Origin: a virus
Length of the DNA stretch: 64,000 bases
Strand: one strand, 5' to 3'
IMG/VR virus record: IMGVR_UViG_3300025162_000043
Span: 14,055 to 78,054 of that record
Below the pieces are notes generated by a model that saw only the letters and a program-made list of their open reading frames with translations, was not told the origin of the DNA and did not search any database. The number at the start of each line of letters is the position of its first letter. Position 1 is the stretch's first letter. The position numbers and the translations under genes are program-made. Of the stretch, positions 39,556 through 50,237 are shown piece after piece.

Positions 39556-40342
39556 TTTTCGGAGTAATCTTTACAGCGGGCACACTGACAGTTTTATTTT
39601 TAGACTTAGCATAATGACCAAAATAATCAGACTTGTAACCACCTTTGCCAGACTTAATAATCTTATACCATGCTTTCCCTGCCTCCGAATTTTTAGGCTG
39701 TTGGCCATGAATCACAATAGCAAAGTCTTTATCACCCTTCCAACACAAACAATCATCATGATCAATCTCAAGATTCAATTTCTCCGCCTCATCCTCCGAA
39801 AATACAACCCTCACCGAACGCAACCCCAGTGCATCAATCAATATATCATGCGTACCACCACGAGAAGCAACTAACTTCATATTGAAAGGAATTGAATTAA
39901 GCCGCTTGGCCCAATACGGCAATGCCTTAGTATAACCATATACTACAAATTCAGAATGTTGTTCAGCAAATAATACCCAAGCATCAAAATATGCCTGACT
40001 AAAGAAATCACCACTGGAATGCATCCGAACTAACTTGATATTCTCCTTTCCAAACAAAGAGGATTCAATTAGATTTGCCATTCCGATTGTTGTTTTTGCC
40101 TCTTTAATCAATTCAAAATTCCGCCAGCGGGATTTTCTCACGTTCGGAAAAAGACATTCTGCCCCAGTAGCATAACAACGGAATTTGCAATCCTTCCCAT
40201 CTTCAATCTTCCCAGTAACTTTATTCACATGACTCCTACAATCCTTGGCAAAAGGACAACTATATCCCGCAGGCAAAGAAAGAATCGCGGTATCTCTTTC
40301 TAACTTAGCATTCCCCAATCCAAAAGTTAATTTGTTAATCAT
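39500..40342 (-). CDS. GP88-family (radical-SAM-related) phage protein
   Basis: LSLPAGYSCPFAKDC...CYA...VRMHSSGDFFSQAYF..W...YTK. Confidence 0.8.
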   Translation of the reverse strand: MINKLTFGLGNAKLERDTAILSLPAGYSCPFAKDCRSHVNKVTGKIEDGKDCKFRCYATGAECLFPNVRKSRWRNFELIKEAKTTIGMANLIESSLFGKENIKLVRMHSSGDFFSQAYFDAWVLFAEQHSEFVVYGYTKALPYWAKRLNSIPFNMKLVASRGGTHDILIDALGLRSVRVVFSEDEAEKLNLEIDHDDCLCWKGDKDFAIVIHGQQPKNSEAGKAWYKIIKSGKGGYKSDYFGHYAKSKNKTVSVPAVKITPKIDTMRANYDSIFRKVTYA

Positions 40343-40456
40343 ATTATACCCCAACACACAATCGATAATTGTCAAATTCTTTTTATATAAATAATGCTCT
40401 CGTCACTGCTATCCTATGAAAAATACAATAACGAGAGCATTCACAATCCCACGTTC

Positions 40457-41161
40457 TTAAATGTTTACCAGATTAGTCTCAAGCACAGGAATAGCTTCAG
40501 GAGTAGCTTCGGCTTGATTAGTCTCAAACGCAGCAGCAGCCTCAGGAGCAACTTCAACTTGAACAAGAGTAACTTCAGCAACAATGGCAGGAGTAACGAC
40601 AGAAACCACTTCAGGCGTAATTGTCACAGCAGGAATGGTCAATGAGGGGATAATTTCAGGAGTAGCAAGAATAGCATGAATTGCATCAAGCTTATCAGCG
40701 GTTGGTGTCTGGCTCTTGCTAATAGGTGTTTTCTCCTTAGCAACCTTAGTAACCGCAGTAACCGCAGTATCCTTCCCCGCACGAAGACTAAACAGTAAAG
40801 CCCTACGGCCAAGCCCCTTCTTGGAATTAGGCTCCGCTGTTATACCCCGTATGGCAATGATAATACTACGCGGATTTGCCTGCGTTCTATTCGCAGCAAT
40901 AATACGCTCCCCCTTCTTGTGAAAATACATGTCCCGCTCTATTGCCTTGCGAAGTGTAAGCATAGAACATAATGGACCTTTCCCAAATGTCTTGCTCTCC
41001 GAATCAGTATCAATATCGTTCGCTATCATCCAATCCGTAAATGTCCACTCCTTAGACTTGGGAAACTTCGGCGAATACTTTGGACGACCAGGACGATCAT
41101 ATTGCTTCTCAATAATTGCTTTCTTCGCGGCATTTACTTTGTTTTTACTATTCTTCTTCAT
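40457..41161 (-). CDS. basic hypothetical protein with low-complexity tail, possibly DNA-binding
   Basis: RPGRPK, GLGRRALLF, A/V/T/E-rich C-terminus. Confidence 0.7.
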   Translation of the reverse strand: MKKNSKNKVNAAKKAIIEKQYDRPGRPKYSPKFPKSKEWTFTDWMIANDIDTDSESKTFGKGPLCSMLTLRKAIERDMYFHKKGERIIAANRTQANPRSIIIAIRGITAEPNSKKGLGRRALLFSLRAGKDTAVTAVTKVAKEKTPISKSQTPTADKLDAIHAILATPEIIPSLTIPAVTITPEVVSVVTPAIVAEVTLVQVEVAPEAAAAFETNQAEATPEAIPVLETNLVNI

Positions 41162-41274
41162 AACTATTTTTTCTTTCTATCTATTTTTGTTTTTGGCTTA
41201 ACTATTTTTTTCTTAACTATGTCAATACGTTACTACATGTATATGCATCTGTCAAATTCTTTTTTATATTTCTT

Positions 41275-41836
41275 TCACCACTTACAATTCGCAGTTATAT
41301 ACAACGGCGCAATAAATCCTAATGGAGTAAGAATGTTCTCCAAATCATCGTAAGTATAATCTACATTCCTTTTCGCCACATCAACGGCAGCATCAACTAT
41401 TCGGATTGCTTCGTCTGTCTTCATTCCTTGGGGAATAATAAAATGTAAATCATACTCCCTATCAGAATCTTTGTCTTGTACTGTAATCAATCTCATATTA
41501 TTTTTCATATTTTGTTTACCAGTGTTAACTTGTTTTCTCTCTTTTGTATGGTGAAATTGGTATAAAATGCCAAAACAAGTTAACGCTCTCTCAATCAAAT
41601 TGACTCATTCCCCGTATAGCATCGGGTTGTACCATAGTAAACGGGCAATATGGCTCTACCCTGCCACAATCTTCCCCCGATCTCCACCACTTAATGTCAT
41701 AATAAGAAAGAGGTTCTCCCTTCTCATCTTCGTAAGTTACTTCATCCCCCGCAATAAATTCCTGAGACAAAAGAAATTCTTTCTCAGTGTCAAATGTTTG
41801 AACTACAAATCCAATTGTTATTTTTTTAATAATCAT
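41275..41836 (-). CDS. two hypothetical proteins (41275-~41508, 41591-41836)
   Basis: ORF track. Confidence 0.55.
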
Positions 41837-41879
41837 ATATGCACTTTCGCATGTCTTTCGTAATTGTCAAATTCTTTCT

Positions 41880-42600
41880 CTCTATTTTTCTTTTTCTTTT
41901 CTCAACCCCCACCAAAAAACAAATACTGGCCAGTAATTGTTTGAAGAAATACTGGATAGTATTTGTTTTTTATGCCAGTAAATAAGCATACTTATGTTCG
42001 GTGAGAATAGACACATTTATATACGTATATATATGTGTAAAGAATATTTACACTTTGTAATGCAAAGTGATTTGCAGCGCAAAGTATATATACCAGTAAA
42101 TAGTATAGATAACGCTCGGTGAAATTGGGTAAATATATGCTGTTTTGCTAAGGAATATGCATATTTATCACTCGGTGAGATTGAAATGTATTTATATACG
42201 TATTGCTTTCTATTGGAATATATGTGTATGTATTCTTTATATTTCATTCAAATTGCTCTGTATCACAGAGTAAATTACAAGAAATATAAAAACTGAGAAT
42301 TTAACAAGTGAATACGTATTCAAAAATGAATTATAATATATCTATACGTTGCATTAGAATTACTGGATAGTAATTATTTCATAAACATTAGAGTTACTGG
42401 ATAGTATTTGTTTACGCATACCAGTAAATAAGCATACTTTAATTCGGTGACATTTGCATGGATAGGCGAAAGGAAACTGGAATATGGATATATGCACGTC
42501 TATACACCAGTAATAAGCATACTTTAATTCGGTGACATTTGCATGGATACAACGTATATTTTACGATGATATCTGGGATATGTATTGGCAAAAAGAAGTA
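41880..42600. other. AT-rich non-coding repeat block at the C-to-G skew switch (candidate origin or end of first-transferred region)
   Basis: TATATACGTATATA and TGAATACGTATTCA palindromes; repeated CCAGTAAATAAGCATACTT and TTCGGTGA. Confidence 0.5.
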
Positions 42601-42610
42601 AGGAATAATT

Positions 42611-43069
42611 ATGATTGAAATACAGAAATCTAAAACTGCCGACACTCGGACTTGTGATTATGTCAATACTAGCAAGTCAACACTTTTGGCATCAAGCCGC
42701 CAGCACATTGGGGACATTGCGAAGGCATTGGCGTTCTTCAGCGGCAAGATGACTGAGGCCGCAGCAGAGCACGACTACGACAAGCTGACAGCAATCGACG
42801 GGTTTCATGCCGACTTTGTGACTGGGTTCAAGCAGACTGGATGGTGGGACAACCACCGAAAGGTCCATCGTCATCATCTTTCCGCTCCTGACGGCGTGCC
42901 AGAGAACGTGAACCTGTTGGACGTGTTGGAATACATTTCAGACTGCGTGATGGCTGGAATGGGACGCAGTGGAAGCGTTTACGAACTAAAGGTTCAAGAC
43001 GAGTTACTACAGCGTGCTTTCCGAAATACGGTTGAACTTCTGAAGGCTGAGATTGTGGTAAAGGAATAA
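42611..43069 (+). CDS. HD-like (DUF5662-type) protein
   Basis: HI...HDYDK...HRKVHRHH...DVLEYISDCVMAG; GC-rich relative to flanks. Confidence 0.7.
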   Translation: MIEIQKSKTADTRTCDYVNTSKSTLLASSRQHIGDIAKALAFFSGKMTEAAAEHDYDKLTAIDGFHADFVTGFKQTGWWDNHRKVHRHHLSAPDGVPENVNLLDVLEYISDCVMAGMGRSGSVYELKVQDELLQRAFRNTVELLKAEIVVKE

Positions 43070-43215
43070 ATAATATAAAGTAATTATTTCATACACCAGT
43101 AATTAGTATTAAGAACGTTCGGTGACATGGATAGAAAGCAGGCACCGATGGATTAGAATATGGATATATGCATACCTGTATATCAGCACATTAGTATATT
43201 CAATGTTCGGTGGGA

Positions 43216-43491
43216 TCAGAGGGTAAGGTACCATTTATTATTTGCGGTATTGATTTCGGAGATTAGGCTATGGTAAGCATGTTCCAGAGTTAATTTACAA
43301 TGACCAGTTATTTTTAAACTAGGGGACCATTGGGCGGAGAGAATATATCCACATTTCCCCTCATATTTTCCATAGGAGAGGATAAGGGTATTGAAGGGGA
43401 ATGTTTCCATGACAGAGTTACCGTTGGGGTTTATTCCGTTATATTTTAAGGTACTACCTTTTAGTTGCAGTTCTATTTCTTCGTATGTCAT
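43216..43491 (-). CDS. hypothetical protein
   Basis: 91-aa ORF. Confidence 0.6.
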   Translation of the reverse strand: MTYEEIELQLKGSTLKYNGINPNGNSVMETFPFNTLILSYGKYEGKCGYILSAQWSPSLKITGHCKLTLEHAYHSLISEINTANNKWYLTL

Positions 43492-43564
43492 TGGTTGATT
43501 TGTATAGTATGTATATGCGTGAGTAAATATTATAAGAATAATAACCCCCGACGGGATTAGCCGT

Positions 43565-43607
43565 GGGGTTTAGTATTGGGGTTTAGTATTGGGGTTTAGT
43601 ATTGGGG
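43565..43607 (+). repeat. (GGGGTTTAGTATT)3-GGGG tandem repeat
   Basis: direct reading. Confidence 0.9.
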
Positions 43608-43611
43608 TATA

Positions 43612-44380
43612 TTATTTAATCATTTGGACGATGGTTTGGGCGGCAAAGAATTCTGGGTTACAGATTTTGCCTATGGTATCACTTCCCAAGAGCATGATAT
43701 TAAAGAAGATGATAACACCGAGTACAGTTCCAGCGAAATACCCGAACATTGATTTATCTCCGCCTTCATCCAATTTGCCATTAGCGATGCCCATACGAAT
43801 TAGCAAGACAGACATGATGACACCTACAGCCATTAGGAGCAATTGAGAGATACCTGTGATGACTTGTTGTCTGACGAAGATTGGGTAGAAGTGATCTGTA
43901 GCGACGCCAGCTTTTGATGCTAAGATGGCAATACCTTTCTCTAATTTATCTCCGAGTTTACTAAAGACTTGGGTAGTATCATTAATTGACACGAAGATAT
44001 TTGTTTGGGTATTTGGTTCACTAGCGGAAGCCAGTGATGGGAGTGAGAGGGCTATTGATGTAAGTATGGATGCAAGTATTGATGTATGTAATTTCATATT
44101 TTGATTAATGTTTTGACTATTGTTTTTGACTATTTGTTCTTGGATTTTGGTCATATTGGCTGATTTATTTATTATTGATTTGTTCCATGCGTTGCATTAT
44201 GCAAGTACCGACTAGGGCAATTGAAGTGATGGTAGCGATGATACCATTACGGAGGACTTCGATTTCTTCTTTAGCGGAATTCATACGGTTCATATGATAG
44301 ATAACTATCCATGCCAGGAAGATGAGGATACCGACATCGAATAGGGTTGAGATAACGGGTTTATTTTGTTTATTTTGCAT
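43612..44380 (-). CDS. two membrane proteins (43612-44154, 44165-44380)
   Basis: multiple hydrophobic helices. Confidence 0.65.
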
Positions 44381-44412
44381 ATATTTTTAATATAGCACAG
44401 TTCTTTGGGTTG

Positions 44413-45009
44413 TCAAATTCTTTCCAGGTATACACCGAGGGATATAATAAGATTACGCACCGCGTTATGTTTCATTAATTCTGGATTGAAGGCACCGCCA
44501 GCGGAGAGGTAATTTTGTATTTGGGTGAGCAATGCTATTTTCTCGCTATTATATCCTGGTGGATTAAACACTACGATAGCACTTGGGAAGGGTGCCGAGC
44601 TTAGGACGCGGTTATTTTGTAGGAATTTGACTCTTCCTTTAATGAACTCAATATTTCCTTTCATGCAATAATCGTGCCAAACCTTAGTATCTGGTCTGGC
44701 AGGTACTAAAAGGACGACTGTGGCACCTCTGAGGGATTCTTCGTATGCTTTTTTAATCCATTTTGCTTGGGTTCCACGGGAGTAGGGGGGGTTACAGAAT
44801 ACGCGGTGTCCTGTCCAGGGTTGGGACAGTCCATCTTCTTTAACGGTAAAGTGTTTAATGCATTTGGCAGTTTTGTGAGTACAGCAGGGGTCTAGGGTAA
44901 AGTTATAGGTAGCGTTTAATTTGGCGAACAATTCGGGTGGGGTTTCCCATTCATCTGTATTACTGGAGAAGTGGACATTTGATTTGGTGTTTAATTTATT
45001 CATACCCAC
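44413..45009 (-). CDS. dam: phage DNA N6-adenine methyltransferase (T1/HP1 Dam family)
   Basis: DEWETP, FTLDPC, EDGLSQPW, FCNPPY, LVPARPDT.VWH, APFPSA. Confidence 0.9.
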   Translation of the reverse strand: MGMNKLNTKSNVHFSSNTDEWETPPELFAKLNATYNFTLDPCCTHKTAKCIKHFTVKEDGLSQPWTGHRVFCNPPYSRGTQAKWIKKAYEESLRGATVVLLVPARPDTKVWHDYCMKGNIEFIKGRVKFLQNNRVLSSAPFPSAIVVFNPPGYNSEKIALLTQIQNYLSAGGAFNPELMKHNAVRNLIISLGVYLERI

Positions 45010-45073
45010 AACGTAGCACAGGTTGGGTATTTGTCAAATTATTAATGAATGTTCCACGTGGAACATTACAGAT

Positions 45074-46158
45074 TCAAGAGGAATTGGAGCCGACGGAGAC
45101 AATTTTGACTTTGAGTGGTTTATATTCCCTGCCGAGGTAATATGCCATTGTAGATTCCATATAATTCTCTATATCTTGTCTTAGTCGTTCAACTGTTGTG
45201 TCGGTGATATTATCGGGCAATTCAATTTTTAGATAGTGGGTGATTTTACTCATAACATGTGAACCTCTAATTTTTAACTCATCCATATTTGTTTTGAACG
45301 TCTTGTCGGTTTTATTAATTGTGTTATCATATTTTGTGTTATATTAGATTATAATTGATTTTTTATCGAGCCAATCGAATGATATAGTAAATAATCCACA
45401 CCCGAAATAGAATCTACTATGTCCATTATATTTGTCCACATAAGGCCAACAAAATCCATTTAGGGTAAGTAATGTAAAAACAAACCATTTACTATATCCA
45501 TTAGCTATGCCATATGGAAATTCTATATAAATTAAACAATTATTACAATTTCCCTTGTTAGAATAGGAAGGTGATGTTAATCTAAAACGTTTGTAAGACA
45601 ATTCCATATAACAGGGTGTTTCTTTTTTTTAATAATTCAATATTAGTCATAATTTTTTAATTTATAATATTCTTTAGTAGCATCTACCGCCAACTTCTTA
45701 TAATATTCTTTTATAGCATCTTCCATCATGTTAAATTGGGCCAGACATTGTTCACAGGGTTTAGTACCAAAACATTGATTACAATTAATCCATGAGAAGC
45801 AATGAATCAATGCTAGATTTAATTTTTTGGCAACTTCCTTCCACGTATCTAATTCAGTTTCATTATTATTCATAATTTTGCCAATATTACAGTGTAGATT
45901 CCATGCTCATGTTACCTCCATTTTAATTTCGTAACGTACTTCGTCCAAAAAATCATGTAATAATGTCATTTCATCGATTTTATTCTGTATTTCTTTAATA
46001 TAACATTCCAACTTAGTTTGATGTTTAGAATCTATTACGTTTCCACGTTTAATCATTGTACACCATCCCATTCGATATTTATTAAATTGTGCTTTAAATT
46101 TATAACCACGTTTTGTTAGGGTAAATATGGTGGTATTTTTAGGTTTTTTAATTTTCAT
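45074..46158 (-). CDS. cluster of small hypothetical proteins (45074-45286, 45344-45607, 45643-45873, 45907-46158)
   Basis: co-oriented ORFs. Confidence 0.55.
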
Positions 46159-46220
46159 ATTTTGTGGTGTATCATTACTACGTCATTGTTTTCGATTTTT
46201 ATTATATGTGGTTTTATATT

Positions 46221-46568
46221 TTAATCCATTACTGCTCGTTGCATTTTTTGGAAATAGTCATATTCTTGGACCCGACCAATTTCCCAAATGCCCGCGTCCA
46301 GTGTTACGGGACCGTGTTCTTCGTGGACCACGGTAGCAGGAGCTACGAGATTGAGCAACATACGATTGCCGATTTCAATTAACTCCGATTCATCGTCTTC
46401 AACAACGTGTGAATGCCCAGACTCTCCGTGAGCCAATATCATTTTCTTCATTGTAATCTTAGTTATGGTTCCCTCTGGCATTTCTGTCAGTTTTCGCATA
46501 AGAACATCACCCTGCTGCACCGACGTTATCATTTTATTTTTCATAATTTTCATTTTATCAATATACAT
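46221..46568 (-). CDS. His-rich phage protein (QGDV/GHxH/HEEH family)
   Basis: QQGDVL...AHGESGHSH...HEEHGP...QEYD. Confidence 0.75.
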   Translation of the reverse strand: MYIDKMKIMKNKMITSVQQGDVLMRKLTEMPEGTITKITMKKMILAHGESGHSHVVEDDESELIEIGNRMLLNLVAPATVVHEEHGPVTLDAGIWEIGRVQEYDYFQKMQRAVMD

Positions 46569-46597
46569 TGTATCTATTACTTTACTATTGTCAATCT

Positions 46598-48304
46598 CTA
46601 TGTCAAAATTTCAGCATCTTCATACCAATTATTATTTCTCCATTTAAGTGCCTCGGTAATAGTTGAAATTCCCGGTTCTATACCTTCAATATGCCAAGTT
46701 TTAATGGATGGATTTAACATTTTAAGATACCGAGCATCTTTAACTTCATTACTCAAATCAATACTATATAATTCATAATTTCCTCTTTTTTCGAGTAATT
46801 TATGGGGCAGTGAGTTCATTGCTCTTTCAACACCAACTTTCCTCAGCAATTCCCGACGTACCTCTGTATTAGTTTCCTTTAATATCATTTCACCAGAAAT
46901 TTCATGGCTCGGAGTCATTACATATTCTTTTTTCATAACAACTCCATTCAACGCATAAATCTCATTATCTCCATTATAAGATAATGCTGGACCATTTTCG
47001 CAATGTAAGCCACTATTATTCTTCTTAATTATTGTTGGTGGCTGACAGACGATGCATAATTCATCAAGAGGAAAAACCATTCCATAGTCCTGACAATTTT
47101 TAAATGTATCATATTCGGGTGGATAGTTAATACCGCATTCATTTCTAAAGAATTCATAGAAAGAGAACCATCCTGCCCAGAATTGGCAATCAAAGTAAGG
47201 ATACACGAAAGTCAACTCTTGTCCATTTAACTTAACTTGTTCCCCAACTTGTGAATCAACTTGTGACTCAACTTGTGACCGAACCTGCGAATAAACTTGT
47301 GATCTAACTTGTGAATCAACTTGTGACTCAACTTGTGACCGAACCTGTGAATTAACTTGTGATCTAACTTGTGAATTAACGTGTAGCCTAACTTGCGAAT
47401 AAATTTGTGACCTAACGTGTGATCCCACTTGTAACCATACTTGTGAATTAACTTGTGAACCAACTTGTGACCTAATTTGTTCCCCAACTTGTGAATTAAC
47501 TTGTGAACCAACTTGTGACTGAACCTGTGAATAAACTTGTGACCAAACTTGTGGATTAACTTGTGATGCAACCTGTGACCTAACTTGTGACCCAAATTCA
47601 TAATGAATTTGCGATACAACTTGTGAATTAACTTGTGACCAAACTTGTGAACTAACTTGTGACCAAACTTGTGACCCAACTTGCAATGCAACTTGTGACC
47701 AAACTTGTGAATTAACTTGTGATGCAACTTGTGAATTAACTTGTTCCCTAACTTGTGATCTAACTTGTGAACTAACTTGTGAACTAACTTGTGAATTAAC
47801 TTGTTCCCTAACTTGTTCCCTAACTTGTGAACTAACTTGTGAACTAACTTGTGAATTAACTTGTTCCCTAACTTGTGACCAAACTTGTGAATCAACTTGC
47901 GAATAAACTTGTTCCCTAACTTGTGACCCAACTTGCAATGCAACTTGTGACCCAACTTGTGACCAAACTCGTGAATAAACTTGTGACTCAACTTGTGAAT
48001 TAACTTGTGAACTAACTTGTGAATAAACTTGTGACCAAACTTGTGGTCTGACTTGCGATTTGATTTGTTCTTGAGATTTATTAAAAAGTAATTTAACAAT
48101 ACTGACCGCAATCCAGCATTTTAATGGAGAATCAAGAATTACGACTGGAGCCACGGATTTTTTTAAGATGTTTTTTTGAAACAGACTAAAATCAATGATG
48201 GCATTTTCCAGAGATTTCGGTTTAATAGTCAGTCCCTTTTCTGTCCAAAGTTTAACATATTCTGGAAACTTGTTGATTTGTAACTGTGATAAAGTGTTAA
48301 TCAT
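46598..48304 (-). CDS. DUF6745-type protein with ~70 SQVx tetrapeptide repeats
   Basis: SQVx array; C-terminal W..FYEFF...LHCENGPAL.Y...YALNGV...NTEVRR. Confidence 0.85.
   Translation of the reverse strand: MINTLSQLQINKFPEYVKLWTEKGLTIKPKSLENAIIDFSLFQKNILKKSVAPVVILDSPLKCWIAVSIVKLLFNKSQEQIKSQVRPQVWSQVYSQVSSQVNSQVESQVYSRVWSQVGSQVALQVGSQVREQVYSQVDSQVWSQVREQVNSQVSSQVSSQVREQVREQVNSQVSSQVSSQVRSQVREQVNSQVASQVNSQVWSQVALQVGSQVWSQVSSQVWSQVNSQVVSQIHYEFGSQVRSQVASQVNPQVWSQVYSQVQSQVGSQVNSQVGEQIRSQVGSQVNSQVWLQVGSHVRSQIYSQVRLHVNSQVRSQVNSQVRSQVESQVDSQVRSQVYSQVRSQVESQVDSQVGEQVKLNGQELTFVYPYFDCQFWAGWFSFYEFFRNECGINYPPEYDTFKNCQDYGMVFPLDELCIVCQPPTIIKKNNSGLHCENGPALSYNGDNEIYALNGVVMKKEYVMTPSHEISGEMILKETNTEVRRELLRKVGVERAMNSLPHKLLEKRGNYELYSIDLSNEVKDARYLKMLNPSIKTWHIEGIEPGISTITEALKWRNNNWYEDAEILT
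47230..48062. repeat. 12-bp minisatellite (TCACAAGTTNNN on the minus strand)
   Basis: continuous AACTTGTGA periodicity on the plus strand. Confidence 0.95.
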
Positions 48305-49286
48305 ATTCTCTAAAACTTACATTTTTGAGACACTCACATTGGAGTAGAAAATCTCCTATAGTCATCACTGCATCAACCTGTGCGGTAATTCCATTCGTGC
48401 AAACTCCTGCGTTAAGTACGGAAATTATGTCTCCGTGACACAGTTTATAGAAAACTCCTGTATCATAATTGGCATAGGTTATTTCGGCTCCATTTTTTAA
48501 TTCTTCGATTGCTTGTTCCGCATTCATATTTTAATTATAATGTTTACCGCACCAACAATATATTACAAACCATTTGTTTGGTTTGATGATAACCCAATGT
48601 TGATTTTTTACCCAATGTATTTCAAATGGACTTCTTTCGATCATTAGGTGATGGCACCCGAATCTAATATTAAACCACAAATTGCTCATGATATATAAAC
48701 TTTTAGTTCTTTCTTACTTCTACTTTTCAATAGTTTCTCAATATTTTCTATTTCTTCATCCACCCATTTTTTAATATATTCAAAGTCTTTCGTATTGTTA
48801 AACACCCCATCTGTTTTACCTCGAATCCATCGAATATAAATCTGCAAAGCGTGTTTTGCTTTCTGACCTGTTACCGCCGGTGAAACTTTCCCATTTGGTT
48901 GGACCATACACATATATGTGATATGTGTTGGCGTTTGTTGCAATTCTATCCTGTTACAATGTAGATTCATGCTCATATTTTTATTAACTTAATCCCCAAA
49001 ACCTTTTCATTTCAGGATTAGGATGATCTTTATAGGTGGATGCGGCAGCATCTTTAAGTTCCTTATTTATTTCATCAAGCTGATTGGATGACTCTAAGAA
49101 AATCTTATGTGCTTTATCCCTTCCTGACAACTTATTTCCTCTTACCATCTCGGATGGAATATACTTGCAAGCGGTTTGAAATTCTTTTTCCAGCTTTTTC
49201 TGTTGGTCTTCAATCAAGGACCGCAAATAAGCATAAGTTTCATAGGACATTCTGGTATTAGTTCTATCTTGTAAATTGTTTTTCAC
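48297..49286 (-). CDS. three hypothetical proteins (48297-48527, 48686-48976, 48984-49286)
   Basis: ORF track, co-oriented. Confidence 0.6.
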
Positions 49287-49831
49287 TTATTTTTTAATAA
49301 TTCTGGATTTTCAAAGATATTACCGATAACTTTTGAATGGGTTGCATATAGGAGTGGAAAAGTCATATGGGTACTATTAGGATTTCCACATACAATGTCC
49401 AAATTCACCGATGTTAGATTACATTGAATTACTCCTGTATAGTGTTTACCGATCATCCCACATTGAGCAAATGCCTCCGTCTCTGTCAAATTTTCCCACG
49501 CAAAATCTCCAACAAAATACTTAAATTTGATAATATCGCCCTCAAATATTTCTTTTTTGGATTTATCTTTGATACCAATATATTGTTGAATGACAAAATT
49601 AAGTGGATTGGGTAATGGATTAAACACTGAATCTGCGGAATTATCTCCGTTTCCACTTGGATATAAAGCGACTCTAATATTTCCACTAAAATCTAGCAGG
49701 AGTTTCCCCACTTCTCCGTATCGGCCATATTTAGTTTTTTCAAAATATTCACCCCAACAATATTTTTCGGAATCAATAAAACATTTGTGGGAAATATCCC
49801 AAACTCTAAATTTTAATTCTCTGTTATTCAT
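49283..49831 (-). CDS. YopX-family protein
   Basis: KFRVWD...QQYIGIKDKSKKEIFEGDI...VIGNIFENPELL. Confidence 0.9.
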   Translation of the reverse strand: MNNRELKFRVWDISHKCFIDSEKYCWGEYFEKTKYGRYGEVGKLLLDFSGNIRVALYPSGNGDNSADSVFNPLPNPLNFVIQQYIGIKDKSKKEIFEGDIIKFKYFVGDFAWENLTETEAFAQCGMIGKHYTGVIQCNLTSVNLDIVCGNPNSTHMTFPLLYATHSKVIGNIFENPELLKNK

Positions 49832-50237
49832 TTTTTAATAATCCTGGGGTTTCTGAGATATTGCTTATTACCTCTCCATGAGTAGATACATTACGAATCC
49901 AGTTCCAATATTTACCTTTTCTGTGGGTTAATACAAATGCACTATATGTTTCATTATAATCTACCACGAAAATATCCATTTCTTTATCTGTAACCATGCT
50001 GGATACTCTGTCCAAAACTATGTCACCTTCGTAAATTTCTTTTCCATTCTTATCATTCAATCCAGTATATTGCTGAATCGTTAATCCTTGAGGATGTTGT
50101 TTCCAATGAATAGCAGGTGGTGCTATTTCGCCAATCCCATTATCATTAGTCCTGATTCTCCAAATGTCTCTGTTTGATACCCAATGTTCTTTTAAGTTGT
50201 CCCACACTCTAAACTTTAATATTCTTTGAGTGTTCAT
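49824..50237 (-). CDS. YopX-family protein
   Basis: KFRVWD...QYTGLNDKNGKEIYEGDIV. Confidence 0.9.
   Translation of the reverse strand: MNTQRILKFRVWDNLKEHWVSNRDIWRIRTNDNGIGEIAPPAIHWKQHPQGLTIQQYTGLNDKNGKEIYEGDIVLDRVSSMVTDKEMDIFVVDYNETYSAFVLTHRKGKYWNWIRNVSTHGEVISNISETPGLLKNE

Larger units (their letters stand above)
21580..42410 (+). repeat. dispersed intergenic repeat family: GAAA-TACTGGCCAGTA plus (GCA)CAGTAAATGATTCGGTGA
   Basis: perfect palindromes at ~21580, 21625, 22246, 22272, 22742, 22786, 23654, 23710, 25004, 25075, 25101, 27079, 28632, 31789, 32421, 35428, 38009, 38104, 41924 plus ~10 variants (TACTGGACATTA, TACTGGATAGTA); none seen outside this interval. Confidence 0.95.

Noticed and set aside
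21580-42410. CRISPR array interpretation of the TACTGGCCAGTA repeats
   Set aside because: Spacing is irregular, whole genes lie between copies, intervening sequences are homologous to each other, and no cas genes are present.
47227-48111. 294-aa HKL-repeat ORF as a real gene
   Set aside because: Expected by-product of a stop-free 12-bp repeat; the SQVx frame carries the conserved domain.
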